From Escherichia coli (GTDB lineage: Bacteria > Pseudomonadota > Gammaproteobacteria > Enterobacterales > Enterobacteriaceae), in the NCBI RefSeq assembly GCF_016903815.1, contig NZ_CP069973.1: a stretch of 64,000 nt of DNA. One strand, written 5' to 3'. The notes beneath the pieces were generated by a model. It was not told the DNA's origin, made no database searches, and was given only the letters and a program-made list of their open reading frames with translations. This document shows positions 50,029 to 62,925 of the stretch, one piece after another; within the stretch, counting starts at the first letter, position 1, and each line of letters opens with the position of its first letter. A program made the translations under genes and the position numbers.

Positions 50029-52680
50029 TTAGCCGGTATTACGCATGCCTGCCGCAATCCCGGCAATAGTGACCATTAACGCCTGCTCGACGCGAGGATC
50101 CGGCTCATGGCCTTCTTTTTCTGCCTGGCGGGAGCGGTGCAGCAACTCGGCCTGCAATACGTTCAGCGGGTCGGTGTAAATATTCCGTAGCTGAATAGAC
50201 TCTGCAATCCACGGCAGATCGGCCATCAGATGGGAATCGTTGGCAATCGCCAGCACCACTTTGATGTCTTCTTCTTGCAGGTTGCGTAACTCTTTACCTA
50301 ACGGCCACAGTGCTTTGTCTACCAGGCGTTGGTCATAGTATTCCGCCAGCCACAGGTCTGCTTTGGCGAAGACCATCTCCAGCATGCCGAGACGCGTCGA
50401 GAAGAATGGCCAATCGCGGCACATGGCTTCCAGCTCGCTCTGTTTGCCGTCTTCGACCACTTTTTGCAGCGCCGTACCTGCACCCAGCCAGGCGGGGAGC
50501 ATCAGGCGGTTTTGTGTCCAGGCAAAAATCCACGGAATAGCGCGCAGTGACTCAACGCCACCGGTCGGGCGACGTTTGGCCGGACGTGAACCCAGCGGCA
50601 GTTTGCCCAGTTCTTGTTCCGGCGTAGCGGAGCGGAAGTAAGGCACAAAATCTTTGTTTTCACGTACGTAGCCACGGTAGAGATCGCAGGAGATGACTGA
50701 CAGTTCATCCATAATGCGACGCCAGCTCTCTTTCGGCTCAGGTGGTGGCAGCAGGTTGGCTTCCAAAATCGCCCCGGTGTACAGCGACAGGCTGCTGACG
50801 GTGATTTCTGGCAGACCATATTTAAAGCGGATCATCTCGCCCTGTTCAGTCACGCGCAGGCCGCCTTTCAGGCTTCCTGGCGGTTGTGACAGCAGCGCCG
50901 CATGAGCAGGTGCGCCGCCGCGACCAATGGAACCGCCGCGACCGTGGAACAACGTCAGTTCAATACCCGCTTTTTCGCAGGTTTTGATTAATGCATCCTG
51001 TGCCTGATATTGCGCCCAGGAAGCCGCCATCACGCCCGCATCTTTTGCTGAGTCGGAATAGCCAATCATCACCATCTGTTTGCCCTGAATCAGGCCGCGA
51101 TACCAGTCGATATTCAGCAACTGGGTCATGACATCGTTGGCGTTGTTCAGGTCATCGAGGGTTTCAAACAGCGGAGCAACCGGCATTGCAAACCCGATAC
51201 CCGCTTCTTTCAGCAGCAGGTGGACAGCCAGCACGTCGGACGGCGTTTTCGCCATCGAGATCACGTAGGCGGCAATGGAGCCTTGCGGCGCTTCGGCAAT
51301 CACCTGGCAGGTATCGAGCACTTCGCGCGTTTCGGCGCTTGGTTGCCAGTTGCGCGGCAGAAGCGGACGTTTGGAGTTCAGTTCGCGGATCAGGAACGCC
51401 TGTTTGTCGGCCTCTGACCAGCTTTCGTAGTCGCCGATACCGAGGTAGCGGGTCAGCTCGCCCAGCGCTTCGGTATGGCGGGTGCTCTCCTGACGGATAT
51501 CAATACGGACCAGCGGTACGCCGAAACATTTCACGCGGCGCAGGGTGTCGAGCAGATCGCCGTTGGCGATAATACCCATGCCACACGCCTGAAGTGACTG
51601 GTAGCAAGCGTAGAGCGGTTCCCAAAGTTCTTCGTTTTGTGTCAGCAGGCCTTCTGGTTTTGGCAGTTCTTCGCCTTTCAGGCGCGCTTCCAGCCATGCC
51701 TGTGTCGCCATCAGGCGAGAACGCAGGTTTTTCATCAGATAGCGATACGGTTCTGCGGCACCTTCTTCGCCAACCAGCGCCAGCAGTTCAGGGGTCGCTT
51801 CAACCATCGACAGTTCAGAAACCAGCACCTGAATATCTTTCAGGAACAGATCGGTGGCTTTCCAGCGACTGAGCAGCAGGACGTGGCGGGTGATATCGGC
51901 AGTGACGTTCGGGTTGCCGTCGCGGTCACCGCCCATCCACGAGGTAAAACGGACCGGAACAAATTCGACGGGCAGTTTGTAGCCGAGATTCTCTTCCAGT
52001 TGTTCGTTCAGTTCGCGCAGGTAATTCGGTACGCCTTGCCACAGGCTGTTTTCTACTACGGCAAAGCCCCATTTGGCTTCATCTACCGGGCTTGGACGCA
52101 GTTTACGGATTTCATCGGTATGCCATGACTGGGCGATCAACTGGCGCAGGCGGCGCATCAGCTGGTTGTGTTCGTAGTCGGCGATATCTTTGTTATCGAG
52201 CTGTTTTAAACAGGCGTTCACTTCCACCATTTTGTGGATCAGTGTACGACGGGTAATTTCGGTTGGGTGAGCCGTGAGGACCAGTTCCAGCGACAGCGAT
52301 TCCACTGCTTTTTTGATGGTGTCTTCGCTCAGTTCCGGCTGGTTTTTCAGTTTACGCAGGGTGCGGGCGATCACTTCCGGGTTGCTGGCAGCTTCGCCTT
52401 TCGGCGAAATGCTGTGGTATTGCTCGGCGGTGTTGGCCAGGTTCAGGAATTGACTAAACGCACGCGCAACGGGCAGCAGCTCGTCGTTCGACAAATTTTG
52501 TAAGGTGGTGAGCAACTCCTGGCGGTTAGCATCATTGCCAGCGCGTGAAGATTTCGACAACTTACGGATAGTTTCTACGCGTTCAAGAATGTGTTCTCCT
52601 AACGCATCCTTGATGGTTTCTCCCAGCACTTTGCCGAGCATACTGACATTACTACGCAATGCGGAATATTGTTCGTTCAT
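50029..52680 (-). CDS. ppc: phosphoenolpyruvate carboxylase
   Basis: 883-aa [38 protein letters not shown]...; recognised as Ppc. Confidence 0.97.
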   Translation of the reverse strand: MNEQYSALRSNVSMLGKVLGETIKDALGEHILERVETIRKLSKSSRAGNDANRQELLTTLQNLSNDELLPVARAFSQFLNLANTAEQYHSISPKGEAASNPEVIARTLRKLKNQPELSEDTIKKAVESLSLELVLTAHPTEITRRTLIHKMVEVNACLKQLDNKDIADYEHNQLMRRLRQLIAQSWHTDEIRKLRPSPVDEAKWGFAVVENSLWQGVPNYLRELNEQLEENLGYKLPVEFVPVRFTSWMGGDRDGNPNVTADITRHVLLLSRWKATDLFLKDIQVLVSELSMVEATPELLALVGEEGAAEPYRYLMKNLRSRLMATQAWLEARLKGEELPKPEGLLTQNEELWEPLYACYQSLQACGMGIIANGDLLDTLRRVKCFGVPLVRIDIRQESTRHTEALGELTRYLGIGDYESWSEADKQAFLIRELNSKRPLLPRNWQPSAETREVLDTCQVIAEAPQGSIAAYVISMAKTPSDVLAVHLLLKEAGIGFAMPVAPLFETLDDLNNANDVMTQLLNIDWYRGLIQGKQMVMIGYSDSAKDAGVMAASWAQYQAQDALIKTCEKAGIELTLFHGRGGSIGRGGAPAHAALLSQPPGSLKGGLRVTEQGEMIRFKYGLPEITVSSLSLYTGAILEANLLPPPEPKESWRRIMDELSVISCDLYRGYVRENKDFVPYFRSATPEQELGKLPLGSRPAKRRPTGGVESLRAIPWIFAWTQNRLMLPAWLGAGTALQKVVEDGKQSELEAMCRDWPFFSTRLGMLEMVFAKADLWLAEYYDQRLVDKALWPLGKELRNLQEEDIKVVLAIANDSHLMADLPWIAESIQLRNIYTDPLNVLQAELLHRSRQAEKEGHEPDPRVEQALMVTIAGIAAGMRNTG

Positions 52681-52981
52681 ATTACCCCAGACACCCCATC
52701 TTATCGTTTGATAGCCCTGTATCCTTCACGTCGCATTGGCGCGAATATGCTCGGGCTTTGCTTTTCGTCGTCTTTTATAAAGCCACGTAAAAGCGGTGAC
52801 GTCAAATGCTGCGAAATCGCTTCAGCAAACGAATAAATAGCAGGAATTTACGTCATTAAATTCACGACGCTTTAAATAAGTGTAACTTATGGGAATGTTA
52901 AAAAATCGCCTCGAGTAACACCAAAGGTGTAGGTCGGATAAGATGCGTAAGCATCGCATCCGACATTGTTTGGCCTACGTT

Positions 52982-54133
52982 TTAATGCCAGCAAAAATGG
53001 TGAATCACCTGGGTGATCAGTTCGCGGGTGGGCTTGATAAACCTCGTCTCCAGATATTCATCAGGCTGATGAGCCTGATTAATTGAGCCAGGCCCCAGAA
53101 CCAGCGTCGGGCATAACGTTTGAATAAACGGCGCTTCGGTACAGTAATTCACCACTTCGGTCTTTGCTCCGAGCAATTTCTCAACCACTTCAACCAGTTG
53201 ATGATTCGGTGGGCATTCATAGCCAGGGATCGGCGGATGCAGCTCGTCGACCGTCAGACGACCCGGCCAGCGTTCGCTCACTGGAGCCAATGCATCGTTG
53301 AGCAAACCATTAAGTTCATTGAGTGTCATGCCTGGCAGCGGACGAATATCCATATGCAACTCACAGCAAGCGCAAATACGGTTAGAAGCGTCGCCACCGT
53401 GGATATGCCCGAGGTTGAGCGTAGGGTATGGCACGGTAAACGCTTCGTAGTGATAACGTTCTTTCAGGTTATCGCGCAATTGCAAAATATGCCCGATGGC
53501 GTCGTGCATTAGTTCGATAGCGTTAACTCCGCGAGCTGGATCGCTGGAGTGGCCCGACTGGCCCTGAATACGGATGGCGTTAGAGATATGACCTTTATGT
53601 GCGCGTACCGGTTGTAGTGACGTCGGTTCGCCAATGATGGCGCAATCCGGGCGCAGGGCGGTAGTTTCGGCAAAATAACGCGCTCCGGCCATACTGGTTT
53701 CTTCATCGGCAGTCGCCAGAATGTAGAGCGGTTTTTTCAGTTTCGTGACGTCGACTTCGCGTAGCGCATCAAGGATAAACGCAAAAAAGCCTTTCATGTC
53801 GGCGGTGCCTAAGCCGTAAAGCTTGCCGTCATGCTCCGTCAGTGTAAACGGATCGCGCGTCCAGCGTCCGTCATCAAATGGCACCGTATCGGTATGCCCC
53901 GCCAGCAACAAACCGCCAGCCCCCTGTCCGGTACTTGCCAGCATATTAAATTTGTTGCGAGTTCCTGGCACAGGCTGCACTTCCACATTGAAGCCTAAAT
54001 CTTTAAACCAGTCCGCCAGCAGAGTGATTAAATCTGCATTGCTTTGATCGAGTGCCTCTTCCGTGGCGCTTATTGAAGGTGTGGCAATCAGAGCACGGTA
54101 AATCTCGATAAATGGCGGTAATTTGTTTTTCAT
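52982..54133 (-). CDS. argE: acetylornithine deacetylase
   Basis: 383-aa product starting [31 protein letters not shown] inside the listed ORF 52982..54172. Confidence 0.95.
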   Translation of the reverse strand: MKNKLPPFIEIYRALIATPSISATEEALDQSNADLITLLADWFKDLGFNVEVQPVPGTRNKFNMLASTGQGAGGLLLAGHTDTVPFDDGRWTRDPFTLTEHDGKLYGLGTADMKGFFAFILDALREVDVTKLKKPLYILATADEETSMAGARYFAETTALRPDCAIIGEPTSLQPVRAHKGHISNAIRIQGQSGHSSDPARGVNAIELMHDAIGHILQLRDNLKERYHYEAFTVPYPTLNLGHIHGGDASNRICACCELHMDIRPLPGMTLNELNGLLNDALAPVSERWPGRLTVDELHPPIPGYECPPNHQLVEVVEKLLGAKTEVVNYCTEAPFIQTLCPTLVLGPGSINQAHQPDEYLETRFIKPTRELITQVIHHFCWH

Positions 54134-54155
54134 TGTTGACACACCTCTGGTCATG

Positions 54156-54198
54156 ATAGTATCAATATTCATGCAGTATTTATGAATAAAAATACACT
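54156..54198. promoter_or_regulatory. ARG boxes (ArgR operator) in the argE / argCBH divergent control region
   Basis: Two adjacent AT-rich palindromic units (tatcaatattcatgca and tatttatgaataaaaataca) resembling the TnTGAATwwwwATTCAnw ARG-box consensus. Confidence 0.65.
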
Positions 54199-54286
54199 AA
54201 CGTTGAGCGTAATAAAACCCACCAGCCGTAAGGTGAATGTTTTACGTTTAACCTGGCAACCAGACATAAGAAGGTGAATAGCCCCG

Positions 54287-55291
54287 ATGTTGAATACGCT
54301 GATTGTGGGTGCCAGCGGCTACGCTGGCGCAGAGCTAGTGACCTATGTAAATCGCCATCCGCATATGAACATAACCGCTTTGACTGTTTCAGCGCAAAGC
54401 AATGATGCGGGAAAGTTAATCTCCGATTTGCATCCGCAGCTAAAAGGCATCGTTGATCTGCCGTTGCAGCCGATGTCGGATATCAGCGAGTTTAGCCCAG
54501 GGGTGGACGTGGTGTTTCTCGCCACCGCCCATGAAGTTAGCCACGATTTAGCGCCGCAATTTCTTGAAGCCGGCTGCGTGGTGTTCGACCTTTCCGGCGC
54601 GTTTCGTGTTAACGACGCCACCTTCTATGAAAAATATTACGGCTTTACCCATCAGTATCCGGAACTGCTGGAACAGGCAGCCTACGGTCTGGCGGAGTGG
54701 TGCGGTAATAAATTAAAAGAAGCGAACTTGATTGCCGTGCCAGGCTGTTATCCGACGGCGGCACAGCTGGCGCTGAAACCGTTGATTGATGCCGATCTTC
54801 TTGACCTCAATCAGTGGCCGGTAATCAACGCCACCAGCGGCGTGAGCGGTGCAGGACGTAAGGCAGCGATTTCAAATAGTTTTTGTGAAGTGAGCCTGCA
54901 ACCGTATGGCGTCTTTACTCATCGCCATCAACCAGAGATCGCCACACACCTCGGTGCTGACGTTATCTTCACCCCGCATCTGGGCAATTTCCCGCGCGGC
55001 ATTCTCGAAACCATTACCTGCCGCCTGAAATCGGGTGTGACCCAGGCGCAAGTCGCGCAAGCGTTACAGCAGGCGTATGCCCATAAACCGCTGGTGCGGC
55101 TGTATGACAAAGGCGTTCCGGCGCTGAAAAATGTCGTTGGGCTGCCATTTTGCGATATCGGGTTTGCCGTTCAGGGCGAGCATTTGATCATTGTGGCGAC
55201 CGAAGACAACTTACTGAAAGGCGCGGCGGCACAAGCGGTACAGTGCGCCAATATTCGTTTCGGCTATGCGGAAACGCAGTCTCTTATTTAA
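54287..55291 (+). CDS. argC: N-acetyl-gamma-glutamyl-phosphate reductase
   Basis: 334-aa [46 protein letters not shown]...; recognised as ArgC. Confidence 0.96.
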   Translation: MLNTLIVGASGYAGAELVTYVNRHPHMNITALTVSAQSNDAGKLISDLHPQLKGIVDLPLQPMSDISEFSPGVDVVFLATAHEVSHDLAPQFLEAGCVVFDLSGAFRVNDATFYEKYYGFTHQYPELLEQAAYGLAEWCGNKLKEANLIAVPGCYPTAAQLALKPLIDADLLDLNQWPVINATSGVSGAGRKAAISNSFCEVSLQPYGVFTHRHQPEIATHLGADVIFTPHLGNFPRGILETITCRLKSGVTQAQVAQALQQAYAHKPLVRLYDKGVPALKNVVGLPFCDIGFAVQGEHLIIVATEDNLLKGAAAQAVQCANIRFGYAETQSLI

Positions 55292-55298
55292 GGGTGCA

Positions 55299-56075
55299 AT
55301 GATGAATCCATTAATTATCAAACTGGGCGGCGTACTGCTGGATAGTGAAGAGGCGCTGGAACGTCTGTTTAGCGCACTGGTGAATTATCGTGAGTCACAT
55401 CAGCGTCCGCTGGTGATTGTGCACGGCGGCGGTTGCGTGGTGGATGAGCTGATGAAAGGGCTGAATCTGCCGGTGAAAAAGAAAAACGGCCTGCGGGTGA
55501 CGCCTGCTGATCAGATTGACATTATCACCGGAGCACTGGCGGGAACGGCAAATAAAACCCTGCTGGCATGGGCGAAGAAACATCAGATTGCGGCCGTAGG
55601 TTTGTTTCTCGGTGACGGCGACAGCGTCAAAGTGACCCAGCTTGATGAAGAGTTAGGCCATGTTGGACTGGCGCAGCCAGGTTCGCCTAAGCTTATCAAC
55701 ACCTTGCTGGAGAACGGTTATCTGCCGGTGGTCAGCTCCATTGGCGTAACAGACGAAGGGCAACTGATGAACGTCAATGCCGATCAGGCGGCAACGGCGC
55801 TGGCGGCAACGCTGGGCGCGGATCTGATTTTGCTCTCCGACGTCAGCGGCATTCTCGACGGCAAAGGGCAACGTATTGCCGAAATGACCGCCGCGAAAGC
55901 AGAACAACTGATTGAGCAGGGCATTATTACTGACGGCATGATAGTGAAAGTGAACGCGGCGCTGGATGCTGCGCGCACGCTGGGCCGCCCGGTGGATATC
56001 GCCTCCTGGCGTCATGCGGAACAGCTTCCGGCACTGTTTAACGGTATGCCGATGGGTACGCGGATTTTAGCTTAA
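55299..56075 (+). CDS. argB: acetylglutamate kinase
   Basis: 258-aa product starting [34 protein letters not shown] inside the listed ORF 55266..56075. Confidence 0.95.
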   Translation: MMNPLIIKLGGVLLDSEEALERLFSALVNYRESHQRPLVIVHGGGCVVDELMKGLNLPVKKKNGLRVTPADQIDIITGALAGTANKTLLAWAKKHQIAAVGLFLGDGDSVKVTQLDEELGHVGLAQPGSPKLINTLLENGYLPVVSSIGVTDEGQLMNVNADQAATALAATLGADLILLSDVSGILDGKGQRIAEMTAAKAEQLIEQGIITDGMIVKVNAALDAARTLGRPVDIASWRHAEQLPALFNGMPMGTRILA

Positions 56076-56135
56076 GTTTTGTTAGCCGGAGGCGCAGCTT
56101 TCCGGCATTAAATTTCAAAATAAGGAAACAGAGTT

Positions 56136-57509
56136 ATGGCACTTTGGGGCGGGCGTTTTACCCAGGCAGCAGATCAACGGTTCAAACAATTCAACGACTC
56201 ACTGCGTTTTGATTACCGTCTGGCGGAGCAGGATATTGTTGGCTCTGTGGCCTGGTCCAAAGCCCTGGTAACGGTCGGTGTGCTGACCGCAGAAGAGCAG
56301 GCGCAACTGGAAGAGGCGCTGAACGTGCTGCTGGAAGATGTTCGCGCCAGGCCACAACAAATCCTTGAAAGCGACGCCGAAGATATCCATAGCTGGGTGG
56401 AAGGCAAACTGATCGACAAAGTGGGTCAGTTAGGCAAAAAACTGCACACCGGGCGTAGCCGTAATGACCAGGTCGCGACTGACCTGAAACTGTGGTGCAA
56501 AGATACCGTTAGCGAGTTGCTGACGGCTAACCGCCAACTGCAATCGGCGCTGGTGGAAACCGCGCAGAACAATCAGGACGCGGTAATGCCAGGTTACACT
56601 CACCTGCAACGCGCCCAGCCGGTGACGTTCGCGCACTGGTGCCTGGCCTATGTTGAGATGCTGGCGCGTGATGAAAGCCGCTTGCAGGATGCGCTTAAGC
56701 GTCTGGATGTTAGTCCGTTAGGCTGTGGCGCACTGGCGGGAACGGCCTATGAAATCGACCGTGAACAGTTAGCAGGCTGGCTGGGATTTGCCTCAGCGAC
56801 CCGTAACAGTCTGGACAGCGTTTCTGACCGTGATCATGTGCTGGAACTGCTTTCTGCTGCCGCTATCGGCATGGTGCATCTGTCGCGTTTTGCTGAAGAT
56901 CTGATTTTCTTTAACACCGGCGAAGCGGGATTTGTGGAGCTTTCTGACCGCGTGACTTCAGGTTCATCATTAATGCCGCAGAAGAAAAACCCGGATGCGC
57001 TGGAGCTGATTCGCGGTAAATGCGGTCGTGTGCAGGGCGCGTTAACCGGCATGATGATGACGCTGAAAGGTTTGCCGCTGGCTTACAACAAAGATATGCA
57101 GGAAGACAAAGAAGGTCTGTTCGACGCGCTCGATACCTGGCTGGACTGCCTGCATATGGCGGCGCTGGTGCTGGACGGCATTCAGGTGAAACGTCCGCGT
57201 TGCCAGGAAGCGGCTCAGCAGGGTTACGCCAACGCCACTGAACTGGCGGATTACCTGGTGGCGAAAGGCGTACCGTTCCGCGAGGCGCACCATATTGTTG
57301 GTGAAGCGGTGGTGGAAGCCATTCGTCAGGGCAAACCGCTGGAAGAACTACCGCTCAGTGAGTTGCAGAAATTCAGTCAGGTGATTGGCGAAGATGTCTA
57401 TCCGATTCTGTCGCTACAATCGTGCCTCGACAAGCGTGCGGCAAAAGGCGGCGTCTCACCGCAGCAGGTGGCGCAGGCGATTGCTTTTGCGCAGGCTCGG
57501 TTGGGGTAA
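56136..57509 (+). CDS. argH: argininosuccinate lyase
   Basis: 457-aa [40 protein letters not shown]...; recognised as ArgH. Confidence 0.97.
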   Translation: MALWGGRFTQAADQRFKQFNDSLRFDYRLAEQDIVGSVAWSKALVTVGVLTAEEQAQLEEALNVLLEDVRARPQQILESDAEDIHSWVEGKLIDKVGQLGKKLHTGRSRNDQVATDLKLWCKDTVSELLTANRQLQSALVETAQNNQDAVMPGYTHLQRAQPVTFAHWCLAYVEMLARDESRLQDALKRLDVSPLGCGALAGTAYEIDREQLAGWLGFASATRNSLDSVSDRDHVLELLSAAAIGMVHLSRFAEDLIFFNTGEAGFVELSDRVTSGSSLMPQKKNPDALELIRGKCGRVQGALTGMMMTLKGLPLAYNKDMQEDKEGLFDALDTWLDCLHMAALVLDGIQVKRPRCQEAAQQGYANATELADYLVAKGVPFREAHHIVGEAVVEAIRQGKPLEELPLSELQKFSQVIGEDVYPILSLQSCLDKRAAKGGVSPQQVAQAIAFAQARLG

Positions 57510-57532
57510 GAACATTTATATGTACAAATTTG

Positions 57533-57558
57533 AGCCTGGCTTATCGCCGGGCTTTTTT
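57533..57558 (+). terminator. rho-independent terminator of argCBH
   Basis: Hairpin agcctggc-ttatc-gccgggct followed by TTTTTT. Confidence 0.7.
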
Positions 57559-57563
57559 ATGGC

Positions 57564-57680
57564 AAAAAAAAGCGGATCCTGGAGATCCGCAAAAGTTCAC
57601 GTTGGCTTTAGTTATTCGAGTTGAGAAACTCTCGAAACGGGCAGTGACTTCAAGGGTTAAAAGAGGTGCCGCTCCGTTTC
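57564..57680 (-). ncRNA. oxyS: OxyS small regulatory RNA
   Basis: Minus-strand sequence GAAACGGAGCGGCACCUCUUUUAACCCUUGAAGUCACUGCCCGUUUCGAGAGUUUCUCAACUCGAAUAACUAAAGCCAACGUGAACUUUUGCGGAUCUCCAGGAUCCGCUUUUUUUU recognised as OxyS, including its terminator hairpin and U-tail; divergent from oxyR. Ends approximate to a few nt. Confidence 0.9.
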
Positions 57681-57775
57681 TGTGAGCAATTATCAGTCAG
57701 AATGCTTGATAGGGATAATCGTTCATTGCTATTCTACCTATCGCCATGAACTATCGTGGCGATGGAGGATGGATA

Positions 57776-58693
57776 ATGAATATTCGTGATCTTGAGTACC
57801 TGGTGGCATTGGCTGAACACCGCCATTTTCGGCGTGCGGCAGATTCCTGCCACGTTAGCCAGCCGACGCTTAGCGGGCAAATTCGTAAGCTGGAAGATGA
57901 GCTGGGCGTGATGTTGCTGGAGCGGACCAGCCGTAAAGTATTGTTCACCCAGGCGGGAATGCTGCTGGTGGATCAGGCGCGTACCGTGCTGCGTGAGGTG
58001 AAAGTCCTTAAAGAGATGGCAAGCCAGCAGGGTGAGACGATGTCCGGACCGCTGCATATTGGTTTGATTCCCACGGTTGGACCGTACCTGCTACCGCATA
58101 TTATCCCGATGCTGCACCAGACCTTTCCAAAGCTGGAAATGTATCTGCATGAAGCACAGACCCACCAGTTACTGGCGCAACTGGACAGTGGCAAACTTGA
58201 CTGCGTGATCCTCGCGCTGGTGAAAGAGAGCGAAGCATTCATTGAAGTGCCATTGTTTGATGAACCAATGCTGCTGGCTATCTATGAAGATCACCCGTGG
58301 GCGAACCGCGAATGCGTACCGATGGCCGATCTGGCAGGGGAAAAACTGCTGATGCTGGAAGACGGTCACTGTTTGCGCGATCAGGCAATGGGTTTCTGTT
58401 TTGAAGCCGGGGCGGATGAAGATACACACTTCCGCGCGACCAGCCTGGAAACTCTGCGCAACATGGTGGCGGCAGGTAGCGGGATCACTTTACTGCCTGC
58501 ACTGGCTGTGCCGCCGGAGCGCAAACGCGATGGGGTTGTTTATCTGCCGTGCATTAAGCCGGAACCACGCCGCACTATTGGGCTGGTTTATCGTCCTGGC
58601 TCACCGCTGCGCAGCCGCTATGAGCAGCTGGCAGAGGCCATCCGCGCAAGAATGGATGGCCATTTCGATAAAGTGTTAAAAAAGGCGGTTTAA
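57776..58693 (+). CDS. oxyR: LysR-family hydrogen peroxide-responsive regulator OxyR
   Basis: 305-aa product starting [40 protein letters not shown] inside the listed ORF 57746..58693. Confidence 0.96.
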   Translation: MNIRDLEYLVALAEHRHFRRAADSCHVSQPTLSGQIRKLEDELGVMLLERTSRKVLFTQAGMLLVDQARTVLREVKVLKEMASQQGETMSGPLHIGLIPTVGPYLLPHIIPMLHQTFPKLEMYLHEAQTHQLLAQLDSGKLDCVILALVKESEAFIEVPLFDEPMLLAIYEDHPWANRECVPMADLAGEKLLMLEDGHCLRDQAMGFCFEAGADEDTHFRATSLETLRNMVAAGSGITLLPALAVPPERKRDGVVYLPCIKPEPRRTIGLVYRPGSPLRSRYEQLAEAIRARMDGHFDKVLKKAV

Positions 58694-60076
58694 ACCGTTT
58701 AACGCAGCTACCCGATAGGCTTCCGCCATCGTCGGGTAGTTAAAGGTGGTGTTGACGAAGTACTCAATAGTGTTGCCGCCACCTTTCTGTTCCATAATCG
58801 CCTGACCGATATGAATAATTTCGGCAGCGCGCTCACCAAAGCAGTGAATACCCAGAATCTCTTTCGTTTCCCGATGGAACAAAATTTTCAGCGTGCCCAC
58901 GTTCATGCCGACGATTTGTGCGCGTGCCAGATGTTTGAACTGGGCGCGGCCCACTTCATATGGCACTTTCATCGCGGTCAGCTGCTGTTCGGTTTTGCCC
59001 ACAGAGCTGATTTCCGGGATGGTGTAAATGCCGGTAGGGATATCTTCAATCAGATGTGCGGTGGCTTCACCTTTCACCAGCGCCTGCGCGGCAATGCGCC
59101 CCTGGTCATAGGCTGCCGACGCCAGACTCGGATAACCAATCACGTCGCCCACCGCGTAAACGTGCGGCTGCGCGGTCTGATACATGCTGTTGACCTTCAG
59201 CTGTCCACGACTGTCAGTTTCCAACCCAATGTTCTGTAACGCCAGCGAATCGGTATTACCCGTGCGACCGTTGGCATAGAGCAGACAGTCAGCTTTCAGT
59301 TTTTTGCCCGACTTCAGATGCATGATCACACCGTCGTCACAGCCTTCGATCTTCTCGTACTCTTCGTTGTGACGAATCACTACGCCACTGTTCCAGAAGT
59401 GATAGGAGAGAGAATCTGACATCTCTTGATCGAGAAATGCCAGCAGGCGATCGCGGGTGTTGATCAGATCCACTTTTACATCCATACCGCGGAAGATCGA
59501 CGCATATTCACAGCCGATCACTCCAGCACCATAGATAAGTACATGGCGCGGTTCGTGGTGCATGCTAAGAATTGAGTCGCTGTCGTAAATGCGTGGATGG
59601 GTGAAATCAACATCTGTTGGATGATATGGACGAGAGCCGCAGGCAATAACAAATTTTTCAGCGGTTAGTGTTTCGACGCTGCCGTCCGGGCAATCCAGCG
59701 CCAGCGTATGCTCGTCAACAAAGCGAGCGTTTCCCTGCAATATTTCACAGTGATTACGTTCGTAAAATCCCTGACGCATGCGCGTTTGTTGATTAATCAC
59801 GTTATCGGCATGGTTAAGGATATCGGCAAAAGAAGAGCGGAGCAGTCGCGAATGGTCGCTGTATAGTGGGTTTTGATTAAATTCTATAATGCGGCTGACG
59901 GCGTGACGGAGAGCTTTCGACGGGATGGTACCCCAGTGGGTGCAACCGCCGCCAACATTTTGATAACGCTCGATAACTGCGACGCGCGCACCTTGCTTAA
60001 CCAGGCCCATTGCAGCGCCTTCGCCGCCGGGGCCGGAACCTATTACTATGGCATCGTAATCGTAGGAATGTGGCAT
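58676..60076 (-). CDS. sthA: soluble pyridine nucleotide transhydrogenase
   Basis: 466-aa [41 protein letters not shown]...; recognised as SthA (UdhA); convergent with oxyR with an 18-nt overlap. Confidence 0.96.
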
Positions 60077-60410
60077 GGTAGGGCTTACCTGTTCTTATAC
60101 ATAAAAGCAACAGAATGGTAACATTTTATCGCGGGTAAGCCAATTGATCCCCGTCATTTATCTGGCTATATCGTGAGCGGCCTTTGCTTTGTCTGTTTCT
60201 TACTTTTGACCTGAACGTTTTATTGGATTTTTATCGACGATACTCTCCGTTTAAGCGGCAGGTTTCCGTTGTACGTAAAAGAACCGGCCAAAGAATTGCA
60301 GTAAATATGTTTTATTGCGTTACCGTTCATTCACAACACTGGAGCAATCCAGTATGTTCATTCTCTGGTATAGTGCCAGCAGTACTTTTGGCAAGGATTC
60401 AGACATCGTG

Positions 60411-61058
60411 ATGGGCGTAAGAGCGCAACAAAAAGAAAAAACCCGCCGTTCGCTGGTGGAAGCCGCATTTAGCCAATTAAGTGCTGAACGCAGCTTCGCC
60501 AGCCTGAGTTTGCGTGAAGTGGCGCGTGAAGCGGGCATTGCTCCCACCTCTTTTTATCGGCATTTCCGCGACGTAGACGAACTGGGTCTGACCATGGTTG
60601 ATGAGAGCGGTTTAATGCTACGCCAACTCATGCGCCAGGCGCGTCAGCGTATCGCCAAAGGCGGGAGTGTGATCCGTACCTCGGTCTCCACATTTATGGA
60701 GTTCATCGGTAATAATCCTAACGCCTTCCGGTTATTATTGCGGGAACGCTCCGGCACCTCCGCTGCGTTTCGTGCCGCCGTTGCGCGTGAAATTCAGCAC
60801 TTCATTGCGGAACTTGCGGACTATCTGGAACTCGAAAACCATATGCCGCGTGCGTTTACTGAAGCGCAAGCCGAAGCCATGGTGACGATTGTCTTCAGTG
60901 CGGGGGCCGAGGCGTTGGACGTCGGCGTCGAACAACGTCGGCAATTAGAAGAGCGACTGGTACTGCAACTGCGAATGATTTCGAAAGGGGCTTATTACTG
61001 GTATCGCCGTGAACAAGAGAAAACCGCAATTATTCCGGGAAATGTGAAGGACGAGTAA
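60411..61058 (+). CDS. fabR: TetR-family fatty-acid biosynthesis repressor FabR
   Basis: Product starting [52 protein letters not shown] (215 aa) inside the listed ORF 60315..61058; an alternative in-frame ATG at 60354 would give 234 aa. Confidence 0.9.
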
Positions 61059-61417
61059 TGAAACAAGCAAATCAAGATAGAGGTACGCTGCTGCTGGCGC
61101 TGGTGGCTGGCTTATCGATTAATGGTACTTTCGCAGCGCTGTTTAGCTCCATTGTGCCATTTTCTGTATTCCCGATTATTTCCCTGGTGCTGACGGTTTA
61201 TTGCCTGCATCAACGTTATCTTAATCGCACCATGCCGGTAGGCTTGCCGGGTCTGGCTGCTGCCTGTTTTATTCTCGGCGTACTGCTGTACAGCACGGTA
61301 GTTCGTGCGGAGTATCCGGATATCGGCTCTAACTTCTTCCCGGCAGTACTCTCCGTCATTATGGTGTTCTGGATTGGCGCGAAGATGCGTAACCGTAAGC
61401 AGGAAGTTGCTGAGTAA
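61058..61417 (+). CDS. yijD: inner-membrane protein YijD (DUF1422)
   Basis: 119-aa ORF with hydrophobic segments; start codon shares one base with the fabR stop. Confidence 0.88.
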
Positions 61418-61456
61418 TCGGAATCATGCCGGATGCTGATGCATCCGGCATGGGTT

Positions 61457-62557
61457 TTACTTCGCGGTCAGTAATACGCCGCACTCCATATGGTGCGTGT
61501 AGGGGAACTGATCAAACAGAGCCAGACGTTCAACCTTGTGCGTCTGGCTTAATGTTTCCAGATTCTTGCATAACGTTTCCGGATTGCAGGAGATATACAG
61601 AATACGTGGATACGCCTGCACCATTTTCTCGGTTTCACCGTCCAGACCGCTGCGTGGTGGGTCGACAAAAATGGTTTCGCACTGATAACTCTTTAAATCG
61701 ATCCCTTGCAGGCGGTTAAACTCGCGTACGCCATTCATCGCCTGAGTAAATTCTTCTGCCGCCATACGAATAATTTGTACGTTATCAATATGGTTAGCGG
61801 CAATGTTGTATTGCGCGGCAGCGACCGACGGCTTAGCGATTTCGGTGGCTAATACCCGATCAAAATTGCGCGCCAGTGCTAATGAAAAGTTACCGTTGCC
61901 GCAGTACAGCTCCAGTAAATCGCCTTTTGAGCCTTTGGTTACGTCCAGCGCCCATTCCAGCATCTGAATATTCATCGCCGCGTTCGGCTGGGTAAAGCTG
62001 TTTTCTACCTGACGGTAGATCATCTCTTTCCCTGCGACCGGCAGACGTTCATCGATGTAATCTTGATCCAGCTCGATTTTGGTTTTCGTTGCCCGACCAA
62101 TCAGATGCACATTCAGATTCTGCGCTCGCAGTGCATCGCGCAGGGCTTCCGCTTCCTGACGCCACTCATCATCCAGCTTCTTATGGTACAGCAGGGAAAC
62201 CACCGCCTGATTACTCAGCGTGGTGAGGTAATCAATCTGGAACAACTTGTGGCGCAGAACGGGATTATTACGCACACCCGCAATCATCGCCGTCATCAAC
62301 TGGTTGATAAGTTCACTGGCGGCGGGGAAGCTATCCACGCGGATGCGGCTTTTGGTTTGTTGATCGAAAATGATGTGATACAGGTCATCGCCATCGTGCC
62401 AGATGCGGAACTCCGCACGCATCCGGTAATGACTGACCGGCGAGCGAAACACTTCCGGAACCAGGTCAGAAAACGGTGCCATCATACTTTGCAAACGTAC
62501 CACTTTTTCGGCTAACTGCGCTTCATACTGTTCTGTTGGAAGGTGTTCGGGGGTCAT
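61457..62557 (-). CDS. trmA: tRNA (uracil54-C5)-methyltransferase
   Basis: 366-aa [35 protein letters not shown]...; recognised as TrmA. Confidence 0.96.
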   Translation of the reverse strand: MTPEHLPTEQYEAQLAEKVVRLQSMMAPFSDLVPEVFRSPVSHYRMRAEFRIWHDGDDLYHIIFDQQTKSRIRVDSFPAASELINQLMTAMIAGVRNNPVLRHKLFQIDYLTTLSNQAVVSLLYHKKLDDEWRQEAEALRDALRAQNLNVHLIGRATKTKIELDQDYIDERLPVAGKEMIYRQVENSFTQPNAAMNIQMLEWALDVTKGSKGDLLELYCGNGNFSLALARNFDRVLATEIAKPSVAAAQYNIAANHIDNVQIIRMAAEEFTQAMNGVREFNRLQGIDLKSYQCETIFVDPPRSGLDGETEKMVQAYPRILYISCNPETLCKNLETLSQTHKVERLALFDQFPYTHHMECGVLLTAK

Positions 62558-62685
62558 GATGTATCCTGAAAAATTAAAGTACGCGGCGATTGTAGGGATT
62601 GCTCATCAGATGTCCAGATCTTGATGTATTCCTATTTGTGAGCTACGTCTGGACAGTAACTTGTTACAACCTGTAGCATCCACTC

Positions 62686-62925
62686 GCCGGTCCTGTGAGT
62701 TAATAGGGAATCCAGTGCAAATCTGGAGCTGACGCGCAGCGGTAAGGAAAGGTGCGATGATTGCGTTATGCGGACACTGCCATCCGGTGGGAAGTCATCA
62801 TCTCTTAGTATCTTAGATACCCCTCCAAGCCCGAAGACCTGCCGGCTAACGTCGCATCTGGTTCTCATCATCGCGTAATATTGATGAAACCTGCGGCATC
62901 CTTCTTCTATTGTGGATGCTTTACA
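62686..62925 (+). promoter_or_regulatory. cobalamin (adenosylcobalamin) riboswitch in the btuB 5' leader
   Basis: Leader sequence gccggtcctgtgagttaatagggaatccagtgcaaatctggagctgacgcgcagcggtaaggaaaggtgcgatgattgcgttatgcggacactgccatccggtgggaagtcatcatctc... recognised as the btuB B12 riboswitch; lies directly upstream of the btuB ATG; 5' boundary approximate. Confidence 0.85.

Noticed and set aside
62632-62871. 79-aa minus-strand ORF between trmA and btuB
   Set aside because: It lies within the btuB leader, whose sequence matches the cobalamin riboswitch. An antisense ORF there is most likely spurious.
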